64,000 nucleotides of DNA from Octopus vulgaris (Eukaryota). The stretch lies in contig OX597816.1 in assembly GCA_951406725.2 (NCBI GenBank), positions 3,720,001-3,784,000 of the forward strand. Direction: 5' to 3'. Both the position numbers and the translations under genes were made by a program. This document shows, one piece after another, positions 1-14,299 of the stretch (position 1 is the first letter of the stretch; every line of letters begins with the position of its first letter). The notes beneath the pieces were generated by a model. That model made no database searches. It saw nothing but the letters and a program-made list of their open reading frames with translations, and was not told where the DNA came from.

Positions 1-370
1 TTAATATCTGCTCCCAAGAATCGAGTGTAGGCAATAAAGTTTGTCTTTACAAATTTAAAATATTATTGTCACTTGTTAACAGTTCACATCAAAATATCCA
101 ACAGGCAAACACGATACGCCGCTCAAACAAAAATAAACAAGCTAAAATCTTGCAGCAATGCATAAAGAGTATTGCATCACAGAACTAACACTTGCAGCAA
201 AACTATAATTAAAATGATTTAAATAATATAAAATAAGCATTAAAAAGAAAAATACATTATTTCGAATAATTTAAGGAATATCTTGGACGACACCAGTAAT
301 AACAGCAGTAAAAACGAAACAAACAGTTGAAATAATGATGGTAGCCGAGGTATTTAAGCATCCAATGTTA

Positions 371-1217
371 CGAGGTACGTTCAAAAAGTACCGGACTTTA
401 TTCTTTCCGCCAAAACTAATACAACACTCTTCCTGCGCATGCAAGGAAGTCTTCACGCCGGCAGAGTGCGCCACTTATCGGCTGTTAAGCCCAGAGTACA
501 GACGTGTATTGCACATTCATCGGATTTTCACCAAAGATGAGCGAACGCATGGAACAGAGATATTGCATCAAGTTTTGCCAAATGCTTGGTGATATTCAAG
601 CTCAAAGCATCCACTGCCTTTGGCATTCATGCCGTGGCCACCTCAAATCAAGGAGTGGTACAACCACTTCAAACATGGCTGCACCTCATTGGAGGGCGAG
701 GCATGCTCAGGCCAGGCCATCCACAAGCCGAAGCGAGGAACTAATTAAGAAGGTTCGGTGAATAGTCGTGTAACAATTCACGAAATTAGTCCCAAAGTGG
801 GAATAATCACATTCCATTTTAACGGTGTATCTGTGCTTGCGGAGATTGTCGGCGGAAAAATAAAGCCGTGATTTTTTTCAACGCACCACATAATCCAAGT
901 GTTCCCGGTCAGGAACAACACACCACTTGTTCGACAGGTTTTCCCACTCTCCCAAATGGGCACCGTGCGACTTTTGGCTCTTCCTTAAACTGAAAAACAC
1001 ATTGAAGGGGAAGCAATTTGAGTGGCACGAGGAAATTATGACAAAAGCAACGACGGAGCTCCATGACATTCCAGAGAAGGAGTCCCAGAGTTGTTACCAG
1101 CTGTGGTTGAACCGCTGGAAGAAATGTGGGAACACCCAAGGAAAATATTTTGAAGGTGATTAACTAGAATTATTGCTTTTTATGCCCAAAGTTCGGATAA
1201 TTTTTGAACGTACACCG
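371..1217 (+). mobile_element. Mariner DNA transposon, internally deleted and decayed
   Basis: Imperfect TIRs (cgaggtacgttcaaaaagtaccggacttt / aaagttcggataatttttgaacgtacaccg) flanked by TA. Transposase remnants MEQRYCIKFC (HTH start) and HSPKWAPCDFWLFLKLKNTLKG (YSPDLAPxDF motif); frameshifts and central deletion. Confidence 0.9.
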
Positions 1218-1599
1218 TACGTACGTCATTCAAACATTAGAAGTTTGAACGCTGATTTTTCCTTTGAGTTCATATAATCAGCTTCGTCCAGTTCTGAGTA
1301 TTTGTATGATTTCGATATCTTTTCATATTTCAATGTTTCCAGTTTTAGTTAATTTGCCTCTTAAATCTAATCAAGTATTCCTTGCTGAATTTATGAACAA
1401 TTAAAAATAATTTCCCCTTGTAAATATAAAGAGGAAATGGTTGACAATTTGTCCATAGCATCTATAACTTGTGGCGGTTTCATTCAACAGAGATTTTATT
1501 GGATTGAGAGCTAGGTAAAATAGTTGTTGGCGAATATTCAGAATCTATGGTAAATTCCTTTTCCAATGGAATGTTAATGTATGGAAGTGAAGCATGGTC

Positions 1600-1980
1600 T
1601 ATAACAGAAATGTAAGCACTTCGAGAACTGTGAAATGAGGTTCTTAAGGAGAATATAGAGGAGAGCATGGACAAAGTGTCTAATGAAATAGTGATGACCT
1701 AGATTTCGGTAAATAGGAAACTACTTCGTGAGTTAAGGGCCAAGTAGCTAAAATTTCTTAATTAATGGAAGCCGGCTTGGAGAATTTAGTGATGATTGGA
1801 AAGATTGAATGGAGAAGAAGCAGAGGAAGGAGAAGAATGATATGGATGTCAAGATTGAGGAATTGGTTGGAAGAAAGAGGCATCGAACATCAGGAAGTGG
1901 AACTGTTACAGAAAAATAAGACCGGAGAATTGTGACAGGACATGATCGCTTGTATTCTATATTTTAGACATGGGACTTAA
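1600..1980 (+). mobile_element. RTE-clade LINE 3' relic
   Basis: Broken frames give LENLVMIGKIEWRRSRGRRRMIWM..NWL and an ELW.DMIA-like end, typical of the RTE ORF C-terminus. Confidence 0.7.
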
Positions 1981-4114
1981 AAGATAGGGATGATATCAAG
2001 TACTTTTTGATACTTTGTAGTGCTATTGTTGTCTTCCATTTTGATATGTCATGGCTGACGTGTTTCGTTAACTGAGAATCGAGAGTATTTTAAGCATCCG
2101 TATGCGTGAAATGCTCTCAAAATAAAATACTTTTCTGCTGTCAACCCAGGCTCTGCTAAAATTCATTTTATTTTCATGGTCTTCTCTAAAAACTAGATCC
2201 ACAAATGGCTTCTGTTTATAACGATGCATGTTTTCCCAGCAGAATCTCTTCTCTTCTCGTAATCTATAATATTTCTCTCTAGGTGAGTAACCAGTTTGTT
2301 GTAGACAATTAATGTAAGAGTTGTGTATGTTGTGGGTAAATATGTGAGAAGACTATAATTTGATTAGGTGTCGTTTTTATTTTTTTTATTTTTCCACTTC
2401 AGCTGTCAGTTCTGATTAATTTATTATGGATCGTTCTGATTAATTTATTATGTAGCTGCTACGACATAACGGATTGTGATCACGTGCCGAAGACACAAAT
2501 TTAGATCTTTATCAAACCTCGGCTTTATAGAAATGAAACTCTTCGGTGTTCTAGTTGGTTGCAGTGGTCAGTGTATTGAGAAGTTCCTTGTCATCTATGG
2601 TTCGCTATCCATGCAGTTTTTCTCCTCCTTTTTGGACCATTATATTTTTGTAGCATGGTGATTGCTTGAAGTCTATTTCCATTCTTAGCATGTCTTAATT
2701 TTCATTGGTTGTTTCACTGACCTCCATTCTTGTGTTTCTATTGTCGATGTATCTGATAGAAGCACTTCATTATCACAGCAGGAGAGATCGAGATTTTAAT
2801 GTTTCGTATTCCATGTTTTGCAGTTAGGATTTCTTTAAGATTTTCTTTGGTTTCCAGACAGTATTTCTTATCGATGCTGTACATTTTTGTTATTTCTGCC
2901 GATGTCTTCTCTTTTCCTCAGTATTCTGTATAACACTTTCTTTCCATTTGACGAGTTTGGGGGCTGTTTGTTTGAGGATCAAACTCTATTTGGATCAAAC
3001 CCGATTTCCTTGGATACTAAATACAGCGACGGAATAAATCGAGTTATTCAATCTGTCGATATTTGCTGAAACTCGTTGCTGTGCTCTGATGTTTTCGCAG
3101 GGAACTTTGTATTTATTTATTCTTTTACAGAACAGTTTATTCGTTTTGTAGTTTATGTAGACATTGACATTGATCCTTGTTCATTGATTTTGTTCACCTA
3201 TTTTCTTTACTCAATGCAAACTCGAATATGTTTTTATTCTGTTTGTTGATGGGTGTGGTGCTCAAACTATATGTTTATACATCTGTTGTGGCTGTGTGTT
3301 CTCTTGAATGAGTGGGTGGTATAATGGTTTCCATAAGTTTTTTTGTTGTAATATTACTTCTTTTTCTCTTTGAAAAGCTTTACTTCTTTGTTTCGTTCTT
3401 GTGTTCTGTAGGTCCGTAGTATTTTTATTTTGTTGCTATCATGCAATTAGTGAGATCGGAACATATTTGTCAATTCTCCGGGAAAGGCCAATACTGAACC
3501 CAAGGAATCGCCTCCCGTTTTCTATGAAATTTACTATTTTAACCCCTCTCTTTCTCGCATACCTCTGCATCATACGCTTTTATTAGACGTAAAGAAAGAA
3601 CTAGGAAGTGTAGTGATTGATGTGGGATCTATCATAAGAATGGTTATAAGAGGCGAAGGAGGGCCAAGTGTGTAGGGGATGCTTGAGTGAAGGTGAGTCA
3701 GTGAATAACAAAGGTGTCCAAGAATACGCACCGTTAATTAAAGCAAGCATACATTGCATACGTGCATACACGCATATATCTGCTAATTAATGACAAGAGA
3801 ATGGAAATTACGTAATCGTCTTCATTAACCTACGACTGTTTCTGCCATGAGAATCAATACACCGAGAGCTGTGTGCTCGTGCAACATCAAACAGGTTCTT
3901 CGGAGCCACTATTATGAAGTGTGTTCTTATTTCGAAAGGCATTTAAATCTGTATATATAAAATTCAACGAAACATGATTGTTTCAGAGTTAGAATAAAGT
4001 GTTCCTATAGTCTCCATATTTTGTCCAGGTTGCAATTTATCAGTGCACCTCTTAAACTAGAGTTGGAGATATTTAATATGCAGTAGAGGCACGTACGTAA
4101 GAAAACCACAGACT

Positions 4115-4128
4115 TATCTATCTATCTA

Positions 4129-4227
<99 letters not shown>

Positions 4228-4280
4228 ATCTCTATCTATCTATATACATATATCTCTCTCTCTCTCTATCTATATACATA

Positions 4281-4339
<59 letters not shown>

Positions 4340-4459
4340 ATCTCTATCTATTTATATCTCTATCTATCTATCTATCTCTCTATCTTTATCTCTCTCTCTC
4401 TCTCTATCTATCTATCTATAGCTCTCTCTCTCTATCTCTCTCTCTATCTATCTATAGCT

Positions 4460-4523
<64 letters not shown>

Positions 4524-4623
4524 TATCTAGCTCTCTCTCTCTCTCTATCTATCTATCTATTTAGCTCTCTCTCTCTCTCTCTCTATCTATTTATCTATAG
4601 CTCTCTCTCTCTCTCTCTATCTA

Positions 4624-4674
<51 letters not shown>
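4115..4674. repeat. Compound microsatellite (CTAT)n/(CT)n/(TA)n
   Basis: Directly visible simple repeats. Confidence 0.97.
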
Positions 4675-4678
<4 letters not shown>

Positions 4679-5339
4679 TCAAGCGTGTGTCTCCTTATCG
4701 CAAGATTTCAATTTTAGATCTTGTGATAAGAATGAAAAGATTTAAAAATGATTGAAATAGACGTCATTTTTATTACCTGTAGAAGTTCGCTCGGATTCCA
4801 GACAAACGTTTACAGAGTTTTGATGTGAAAAATTCCCCTAACAACTGCCTGAGTGTTTTTGATGAATGATGCAACATGTAAGTTCGGATGAGAGAAGGCT
4901 GTGGCAGAAATATGAGAAAAGATGAAAGAAATGCAGTGGTATTTAGAATCACATGAATGGTATCTTTTTTAAGATGTATTTCTTTTTAATGTTTTCAAAT
5001 GAAAAACAACAAAGTACAGTTTTAGATAAGGGATTAATTATCCTTCACGATTATACTTCAATTTCAGTTCTTGATTTCAGAAGGAGACCATTTCTGAGAG
5101 GAAATATATTCCGAAACGAAAGCTAGGCTAACTTTGAAAAGTAAACAGTAGTTACAGTTCAGTATTTTTTTACTCTTTGTTTTCGGACAGAAGAAGAAAG
5201 ATTGTTCGTTGATAGATACGTTTAGTGTATACATATTAACACTTAGTCAAACTAGTTTGACTCATGTGTATCTGATACGAACATGCATTATTTTTAACGC
5301 ACTCTAGCGACTGAGTATATAATACGGGATCCTATAGAC

Positions 5340-5461
5340 GTGACCATGACTGTGTGGTTAAGAAACCCGTTTTACTGCCACATAGTTTCGCGTTAAATCT
5401 CAATGCTCGGCACCTTGGGCAAGAATCTTCTACGATAGTTCTGGGCCTACCAAAACCTTGT
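5340..5461 (+). mobile_element. SINE family B, degenerate 5' part
   Basis: Matches the head of the 53795-54186 copy (ctgtgtggttaag...caccttgggcaag...ccaaaaccttg). Confidence 0.65.
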
Positions 5462-5464
5462 CTG

Positions 5465-5950
5465 AACTCTATACAATAATCCCTCATCTTCCCAAAACAA
5501 ACAGCTTAAATCTCCCAGTGTTCAAACGTCATTAATAATTAAAGCCAGTTACACATCTGCTGGCCAACTAATTTTTCACCTTCACATTCTTTAGTAAACC
5601 CTGAAAAATAAGCTCAATATCGGAAACTGACACACCTACATAGACACACTTGATTAAAAGGTTGTACACGCATGACCGAACTCTGAAGCATAAAACAAAT
5701 CCAACTTTATTAATAAAGAAATCCCTCGCAATATCTTTCCTTCAGAACTTACACGACAACCTAATTATCATGCGAAATAGCTCCATCTACCCGAGAAAAA
5801 TCACACAAGTCACTATATATGGATAAAACGAACCCGGGTGTACCACAGTTAGATGAAGCCTAGTAGATCGAAACTTCAGTCATTGTGACCATTCTCCTGG
5901 TAAAAATGTAATAAATATGTACTCTTAAAATATACTGAGTAATCCTTATA
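5465..5950 (+). mobile_element. Penelope-like element 3' relic (decayed endonuclease region plus HHR-bearing pLTR)
   Basis: Decayed GIY-YIG-like text (..IG.....KRLYTHDRTLKHKTNPT) followed by a degenerate hammerhead at 5844-5887 and aataaa. Confidence 0.45.
5844..5887 (+). ncRNA. Degenerate type I hammerhead ribozyme
   Basis: Stem I cacagt/attgtg, core TAGATGA (2 mismatches to CTGATGA), weak stem II, GAAAC-ttca-GTC cleavage triplet. Confidence 0.5.
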
Positions 5951-6268
5951 TACATACATACATATATACATACACACACACACACATATATATATATATA
6001 AAACTTACTTGGAAGTGGATGCGTGGCGTTCGATCATATAACATAATATATTATATGTGTATATATAATATAATATATATATATATAATGCGTGTATATG
6101 TGTAGAATTTTGTCTTTCGCCAGCAGAAATCGAATTAGCTGAAGCTCTGAAGATGCGTGTAATTATTGTGTTACAATAAAATCCTTGAATAGAAGACGTC
6201 AAAAGCTGCCTGAAGGCTGTCAAAAATGTATATGTATAAATATATATAAATATATATATACACACGGG

Positions 6269-6668
6269 TAAATGAAAGGACAAGCAAGTAAGTCAAGTCG
6301 ATATATATATAAAAAGTGTTAAATACGTTTAATAGAAAGAATGTAGATGCGTATACATGTAAAAGAAGTCTGACTTACACAGAATGGAAATGGTATCAGC
6401 AATTAAGGGGGTTGGGTAGGAGTTTTGCAACTCCAACAGCTGTTTCTGGTATCTGATGATGGGATCAAGTTACGAACATTGTTTTGGACTACCTATCCCC
6501 AGAAACAGCTGTTGGACTCGTAAAGCTTCTACCCAACCCCTTAAGTCCTGATACCATTTCCATTCTGTGCAAGTCGGACTTCTTTTATATGTATACATAT
6601 CTACATTCATTGTATTAAATGTATTTTTTTGTATATCGACTTGACTAACTTCCTTGTCCTTACATTTA
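6269..6668. repeat. Long inverted repeat (arms 6269-6449 / 6499-6668), PLE inverted-pLTR type, with a hammerhead core across the loop
   Basis: Arms are diverged reverse complements (agaatggaaatggtatcag / ctgataccatttccattct). CTGATGA at 6453, stem II tgggat/atcccca, GAAAC-AGCT-GTT palindromic stem III. Confidence 0.85.
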
Positions 6669-6956
6669 TACCTCTACCTGCCCAAGTTCTAATTTCTCTC
6701 TTTCTTTCTCTCCCCTCTCTCTCTCTCCCCCCTCTCTCTCTCTCGATATATATATATATAATATAAATGTATGTGCATTTTTTCAATGTTTACAAATAAC
6801 ACGGAAAAAATAAATAGTTACCAGGGTAGCAAAAGTACGCAGAAGCACCAAAGATGTAACAGCCTATAATACCAATGTTTTCTTCGAAACATATGTCGGA
6901 AATATAAAGATTTGAATAACACCAGCGTTTAAGTCAGTCTGTCTATCTATCCATCC

Positions 6957-8547
6957 TACGAAGCGGTAACAGGAGCGAAAATCAACCGAGAAACGTCAGT
7001 GGGCGTGCGGCTCGGCACCTGGAGAAGCAAGCCCATGCCGTCCAACAGCGCCTCCGTCGTCGGACGCTGGACCAACGGTCCGGTCGAGCTGCACGGGGTC
7101 TGGTTTGGTCCAGACCTCTAAATGGAGAAGAACTGGGACGAGATAACGAGTAGTGTGGTCACTCTCGCCCGGCATTGGACCTAGAGGAAGCTCTCTCTAA
7201 AAGGTCGGGCGGAGATGGTGAACACGTACATCGCGTCCGTCATCTACTACCGCCTGACCGTCGTGCCTTGTCCCGACCCTACCATCACCAAACTAGAACG
7301 CATTCCCTTCCGCTTCTTGTGGAAAGGATGCGTCCCGATGGTCAGGTGATCCGTTTGCTGACAACACCCGTTAAAAGGAGGGCTGGGCATGTCGTGGTTG
7401 ATGATGCGCAGACACGCGCTGAGGTGCGACATCTCCGGCTCTATGTAGACGACGGTAAACAGGTATGGTCGCCGTTTGTGAGGCACGCTCTCCCGCAACT
7501 CGTTTCCATGACCGAACTGCAGTCGTGGATCAAAAAGAGGCCGAGGAAGGGCGAATGGCACTGCGAGTGTCGCGTTGCTCTCAAGTAACTATGCCATCCC
7601 GGGTCGACCTTGAGCGACTTCAATACAACCAAAGCAGTCTATAGCGGATTAGTGGAGGGGAGGTACGACGACGATCTCGGGGCGAACATGGGCGTCGACA
7701 AGGAATATCTGACCCGCCTGTTCAAGACGACTTTCGGGCTGGGACCTATGGACAATTGCCAGAGATCCCTGGTCTGGCAGTTCTATCAAGAAGCGCTACC
7801 CGTTCGGAATAAGCTCTACAGGCATGGCTCGAGAAACACCTGTTTCTCGAGCGACAGAACCGTCCTGCATGCACTCGTACAATGTCCAACCATTTCGGAC
7901 CTGTGGGCCTATGTCGAATGACTGCTATCACGTGTGTGACGAGTTGGTTTATCAGCCGAGTCTGTTGTTAATATCGTCACGCCTCCTTCCTTCAAACGGG
8001 AAGGAAGAGCCATTTTCATCGTACTTGTGGCTATGGCGAAAGAATGTATCTGGTGGACGTGTCCGAAAGGTCTAGAGACAAACATTTTCCTCAAGTGAAT
8101 GTTTCAAAAAATGATGGGTGAATGTAGCAAGTATGGCACGTATGAATGACGAAGCCACCTTGACCATAATCCTATGAACCAAAAGAAAAAAAAACGAAAG
8201 GAAAAAAGAGACCTACTTACTGTAATGTGTTTTTCTTTTGAATGACTCTATTGCCCAAGGTTTCCGTCGTCTTTTCCGTAGGCTTTCCTATCCACGGACA
8301 AACCTAATCTGTTTTCCCTTTTTACATTGACATTTCTGTGATACGCGATCCCTATTGATCGGCCCCACCTTTTTTTCTTTTTTTTCACGATCCCTTTTGG
8401 TCGGAATCCGCCCCCCTTTTTATTTTCACAATCCCTGTTGATCGGATTTCGACCTTTTTTTTCTTCCCCTCTTCTTCCCAAAAAGAAAAGCTCTACTTTG
8501 TATTTTGTCCCTTCTGTGTTCAACCCTGCGTGGCCAATAAAGAAATT
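6957..8547 (+). mobile_element. L1/Tx1-clade LINE, 5'-truncated and decayed (RT C-terminus, zf-RVT region, 3' UTR)
   Basis: YEAVTGAKINRETS, RKLSLKGRAEMVNTYIASVIYYRL, RFLWKG, KGGLGM and TVLHALVQCPTISDLW motifs with stops and frameshifts; GC-rich block ending at aataaa plus an (ATGT)n tail. Confidence 0.88.
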
Positions 8548-8635
8548 TATGTATGTATGTATGTATGTATGTATGTATCTATGTATGTATGTATGTATGT
8601 ATGTATCTATGTATGTATCTATGTATCTATCTATG

Positions 8636-8677
<42 letters not shown>

Positions 8678-9243
8678 CACGTGCTAAACAATAGATATAA
8701 GATGAAACTGACTCTTTACTGGGTACCCGTAGGGTCACAGAGGTGAATATCTTGGAGTAAAAATGGAAATTAATTATCAGTTTCGAACGAATCAAGAAAG
8801 TCTCTAGTAATCGATTTATCTCTTTTAATATTGAACCCAAAGTCTTATTTGTGGTGGTATTTACGTAACTCAACGATTGGTTATTCTTAGATAAATGAAG
8901 ATGTTATTTATGTTTCGGACACTATCGAATATTTCTGTAATAATGCGGAGGTCTGAATAGTTTCTAGTATTTAATTCTAACAGTTCGCGATTATATTCTT
9001 TAATATATTTGTAATGTTTGTTTGGAACATTTATTTATGCACATCTAACGCGAGGGAAAACTTTAAAATAGAGGAATCAATGTGCGTTTAATGAATTCTC
9101 AACTTTTAACGAAATTAATACTTAAAGATTTTGCTGAAATATTTCTGGTTTATGAAAAACATTTTGCAGAATTTCCTATTGCGGAATGTTTAAAAATAAT
9201 GGCAGTTTCATTCCAGAGATAGTGAGATGATAATTCCCCGACT

Positions 9244-9631
9244 GTGGAGGCGCAATTGCCCAGTGGTTAGGGCAGCGGACTCGCGGTCATAGGATCGCGG
9301 TTTCGATTCCCAGACCGGGCGTTGTGAGTGTTTATTGAGCGAAAACACCTAAAAGTTCCACGAAGCTCCGGCAGGGGATGGTGGTGATCCCTGCTGTACT
9401 CTTTCACCACAACTTTCTCTCACTCTTACTTCCTGTTTCTGTTGTACCTGCACTTCAAAGGGCCGGCCTTGTCACTCTCTGTGTCACGCTGAATATCCCC
9501 GAGAACTACGTTAAGGGTACACGTGTCTGTGGAGTGCTCAGCCACTTACACGTTAATTTCACGAGCAGGCTGTTCCGTTGATTCGGATCAACCGGAACCC
9601 ACGTCGTCGTAACCGACGCAGTGCTTCCTCC
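9244..9631 (+). mobile_element. tRNA-derived SINE family C, full length
   Basis: A box (cccagtggttagg), B box (gtttcgattccc), tRNA-Arg-like head. Flanking TSD taattccccgact / taattcgccgact. Head shared with 56879-57187. Confidence 0.85.
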
Positions 9632-10004
9632 TAATTCGCCGACTACAGTTAAGGATCTGTGTTATGACTACGAAACATTTATTCTATTGTTTATAAATTT
9701 AATTTAATTTACAAATTTTGGTTGATATAATCTAAACTTACTGTTTACAAAAACACAATGGTTTTTCTTAGTATCGTTCTAACTACAGGACACAATTGTA
9801 ATAACAACTGCAAAATTAGTTATCGACATGTTTTATTCTTGTCTTAATAGTCTATGTTATTAATTCCATAATATAAGATATTATAGAATATTTTATGGAT
9901 CGTCGTTTTGTATATATTCATTCATTAGTTTTGATGGAGTTCACAGAAGGTCAATTTTTAGAAAGGAATATTTCTTTCATTTTTAAAGTCAGGCGCAGAA
10001 GCTT

Positions 10005-10150
10005 TGTAGTGTTTCTTCAAACTCTTTAGATTTTACGTTCAAATGCGACCAACGTCATCTTTGCCTTTCATCCTTTCGAGGTTGATAAAATATAATACTA
10101 GTCAGGTTGTGGGTCTGTATCAAACCCTTCTAAAATATTTCTGGCCTTAT
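10005..10150 (+). mobile_element. SINE family A, degenerate
   Basis: Carries the family body motif ttgcctttcatcctttcgaggttgataaaa. Confidence 0.55.
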
Positions 10151-11264
10151 ATTTAAATTTTCGAGCAAAATGTCGACACGGCAGAATGCAGACTAAGTTC
10201 ACATATTTTATCGCCCCTTTTCACTGCTGAAAATAAAGTTTCCCTTTAAAATAGTTCTTTTCTCCACCCATTTTGGCGTTCATTGATAAGAAAGGAGTAA
10301 AATCCTTAATGCTATTATCGTTTGAGTTGCCAAGTATTCCAGAGACGATTGTATCCTTCCTTTAAACCTCTACAGAAAAATATGACACAATATTTGACAT
10401 GACAGACCGTTTCAATTACAGAGACAATCCATCCAATCGGCATCTGCACAGATTTTGTCAACCGTCTTTCATTCGTCGGACGTGAACCAATCTAATAAAC
10501 GAGACTGCAAAACAGTTCTGATTCCGGTCAACTACTTCCTTTCGACTTTCATTTCATTCGTTAACGACTTCGACGTTAAACGATCTCACCACGCTTTTCT
10601 TCCGTCTTTTCTCGGCATTTATTTCCTACGTTCAGACGGAAAAAAAAAGATTGAATGATGCTTGGTACCGGGTAATAAGACACAACACATATGTAGATGG
10701 CCATTGGATGGAAGATGTAGTCAGCTGAGAAACTACAGTGTGTTCATTATTACCAATTAGGATTTGAGGAGAACTCTGTAAATATAACAGTCGGAGAAAT
10801 TACTATTATGCACAGAAGATTGCAACTGAAAGACCTATAACAAGAAAGGTTGTCTTATCTGCATCTTGACTGACGGCGATAAGAATTTCTTCTTCTGCCT
10901 GCACAGAGACTTAACCTCAGGATTTCTTATTTGTTTGTATAGATGTGTCAAGATTTGTTTTTTGATTCGGATCCTCTGTAATCATATCTTTCTGTTCCAT
11001 TAAAATACACTATATCATTGAATTATATTAGATTCCACTGTTCATTAATTTCTAGGTATATTGATACCGAGAGGTCGAACTAATTCTATTTCTGAATTAG
11101 AATGAGTGTAAGCACATTAACTTGCATTAAGTGTCTCTAATTCATCAGTTTCTTAGAATAATTTGTACAACATAAAGTGAGTTACGCTTCCTAGCGTTTC
11201 TTCCTCCACTCACACTAACGTGTATCGTGTATTTATGCATATAAATATATGTACGAATATGTGT

Positions 11265-11313
<49 letters not shown>

Positions 11314-13133
11314 TACCCCTTCGGTCACGAAAGACCTTGGGATTTACAGAAAAGAAAGGGATACATAAAGAATACACGCTTGGTTTTGGAGCCTATACGC
11401 ATGAACGCACACACACAAACACACACACACAAACGCACAAAAAACACTCCCATATAGATATTAATATAACACCGAGATATCATCCCACTCTACCGGTGCA
11501 GAATTAATGCAGATTCTTCAGAATGATTTTTATTATTAAATAAAATATGTCTATATTTATATGCAGGAGCACGCATGCATGTGGGATTAAGAATTTCTTT
11601 TTGTAACCAGGTTTTTTTTCTAGATTCGCTCCCGCTCCACTTGGTGAAGCATTACTAATATAGAGAACCGCTTTGTTTTCACAAGAGCATCATCTCTCTC
11701 TCTTCCTACCACACACATATATAGTTTTAGTTTATACTTAACTAGACTCGCATTCTTTATTATGATGCCCGTCTTTCTCAAAGATAAATATGAATATCCC
11801 CCAAGATCATTTCCAGCTATTTTCTTTATCAATTCCTCTGTAATAATAATTTTCAGTTTATACTTCTTGCACTGAGACAGTGATATATAATTAATTTAAT
11901 TTAATCAAATTAATTTAATTATTTCTATTCTACCATGAATTTGCATGTTTTAATATTGCTGTTTGAAACGATCGTATGCATGGATGAAAATTCTTTTAAA
12001 TTTTAATATCTCTCCTCCATTTTTAACAAATTTGTTGAGTTTTGTGGGATTCCTTTCCATAAATTCACAACACACCATATACAAGTTATTCTTTTCATAT
12101 TCGCAAACTTACACCAGTAAGCTACCAGCAAAATATGAAGAATCTATATTAGAAATCTGTTTTTTGGAATCCTCTAAATTAAAGGACGAAATATAATTCA
12201 GCCTTTTCACACACACACACACACACATATTCTTGTACTGGTTGTATATATATATATATATATAGTTTGAGTTAAGTATCTAAAACCGCTGTATTCTATG
12301 CTTATCTCGTTGGTTCTACCTGTCAAGCAGATGTGTGTGATGTGCTCTCTGCCAGGGGCCCATCTGGCTATTATTTCGCATCAGAGTGTAATGGTGTCTA
12401 TCCCAAGACTGTACAGTTTTTGTGAACGTACATATGTCACTGTGAGTTTTGTGCATATACTCTTTTACTCATTTCAGCCATGCTGCCGTGGTCATGCTGG
12501 AGCATCACCATGCTGGAGCATCACCATGCTGTATATTATTTTTATCCTCAACTGTATTAGGTGGATTGCAGTTTCGTGGATTCAGTTTGAGAGTAACTTT
12601 CAGCTAGATATGAAAACAACAAACCTTTTACGCTTATTTCTTATTTCTCTCTTCTAATTCTTTTTTCTCACGAATTGTTGTTTGTTGTTTAACCCTAGGT
12701 CAATCTAACAGATAGCACCTACAATCAAAATTGATCCAGCAATGACCGATCTGTCATTCTCTGTATCATTGTCCTCTTCATCCCGTCTTCAAAACGATAG
12801 AATGTGGTTTGAGAGTTATTTGGCTGTTATTTCTATTACGTGTAGCTATCACGGCTCCCTCATTGGCTCTTACACATAGTGTGAGATTTGAGGGATATTT
12901 GGTTGTTATTTCTACTACATCTAGCTACGATGTAGTGGTCTTCAGCCTTAGCTCATACACATATATGATGGTCGAGTGTGATTTGAGGGATCTGTTTAGT
13001 AACTCCTTAACGATTCTTTTATTTCCTCCTATAACTCCCTTCATTTTATAATCTACTGTTTATATCCAAACAGCTTCCACACTTTTACACCATCTCTCAC
13101 TTTTCCTTCTCTCCTTCTATCTCTCTTTCTGTA

Positions 13134-13904
13134 TACCTATTTCTTTACTATCCACAAAGGGGCTAAACACAGAGAGGACAAACAAGGACAGACAAAGAGA
13201 TTAAGTCGATTACATCGACCCCAGTGTGTAACTGGTACTTAATTTATCGACCCCGAAATGTGAAAGGCAAAGTCGACCTCGGCGGAATTTGAACTCAGAA
13301 CGTTGCGACAGACGAAATACCTATTTCTTTACTACCCACAAGGGGCTAAACACAGAGAGGACAAACAAGGACAGACAAAGAGATTAAGTCGATTACATCG
13401 ACCCCAGTGTGTAACTGGTACTTAATTTATCGACCCCGAAATGTGAAAGGCAAAGTCGACCTCGGCGGAATTTGAACTCAGAACGTAGCGGCAGACAAAA
13501 TACCTATTTCTTTTCTACCCACAAGGGGCTAAACACAGAATGGACAAACAAGGACAGACAAACGGATGAAGTCGATTATATCGACCCCAGTGCGTAACTG
13601 GTACGTAATTTATCGACCCCGAAAGAATGAAAGGCAAAGTCGACCTCGGCGGAATTTGAACTCAGAACGTAGCGGCAGACAAAATACCTATTTCTTTACT
13701 ACCCACAAGGGGACAAACAAGGACGGACAAACGGATGAAGTCGATTATATCGACCCCAGTGCGTAACTGGTACGTAATTTATCGATCCCGAAAGGATGAA
13801 AAGCAAAGTCGACCTCGGCTGAATTTGAACTCAGAACGTAACGGCAGACAAAATACTGCTAGGCATTTCGCCCGGCGCGCTAACGTTTCTGCCAGCTCAC
13901 CGCC
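13134..13904 (-). mobile_element. SINE family A tetramer (one head plus 4 tandem ~184-bp body/tail units)
   Basis: Units start near 13134, 13318, 13501 and 13685; the A-box head is present only once (13860-13904). 16-bp TSD tctttctgtataccta at 13124-13139 and 13907-13922. Confidence 0.92.
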
Positions 13905-14299
13905 TTTCTTTCTGTATACCTACCTTTCTCCTTATGTCTTTCTTGTGTTCCTCGTCTCCGAATCCATCTTGCATTCTTTATAAATCTCTCCTATTCGTTC
14001 TTTCGCTACATTACCGGAATTTAAGCGATTAAAGAAAACACACACATAAAATAAAACGCATCTAAACCAAAAAATAAATTCAATGAATGTGCAGTTGAAG
14101 AGTAAACGTTGTTTGCCAAACTGCTTCCATTTCTGTTTGTTGCAGCTGGTTGGGATAATGCCCAACACGATGCTCTTACTTGCAAACAACACAGCTTTGT
14201 AAAAGTACGAATACAAAAGAATGGAGAGTGAATCTATATTCCGGAACAAAATAATTTAAGAAGAAACCACAAAACACACACACACAAGGCAATGACTTG

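Noticed and set aside
2380-3420. Possible minus-strand Penelope relic (KQPPN and NPNCKT-like fragments)
   Set aside because: Too decayed to support by eye; needs tBLASTn against PLE proteins. The same holds for 16600-16960 and 33250-33420.
7175-7588. 137-aa ORF as a host gene
   Set aside because: Mostly an off-frame reading of the decayed L1/Tx1 RT region.
13134-13904. CRISPR-like or satellite array
   Set aside because: No unique spacers; the units are SINE bodies within one TSD in eukaryotic DNA.
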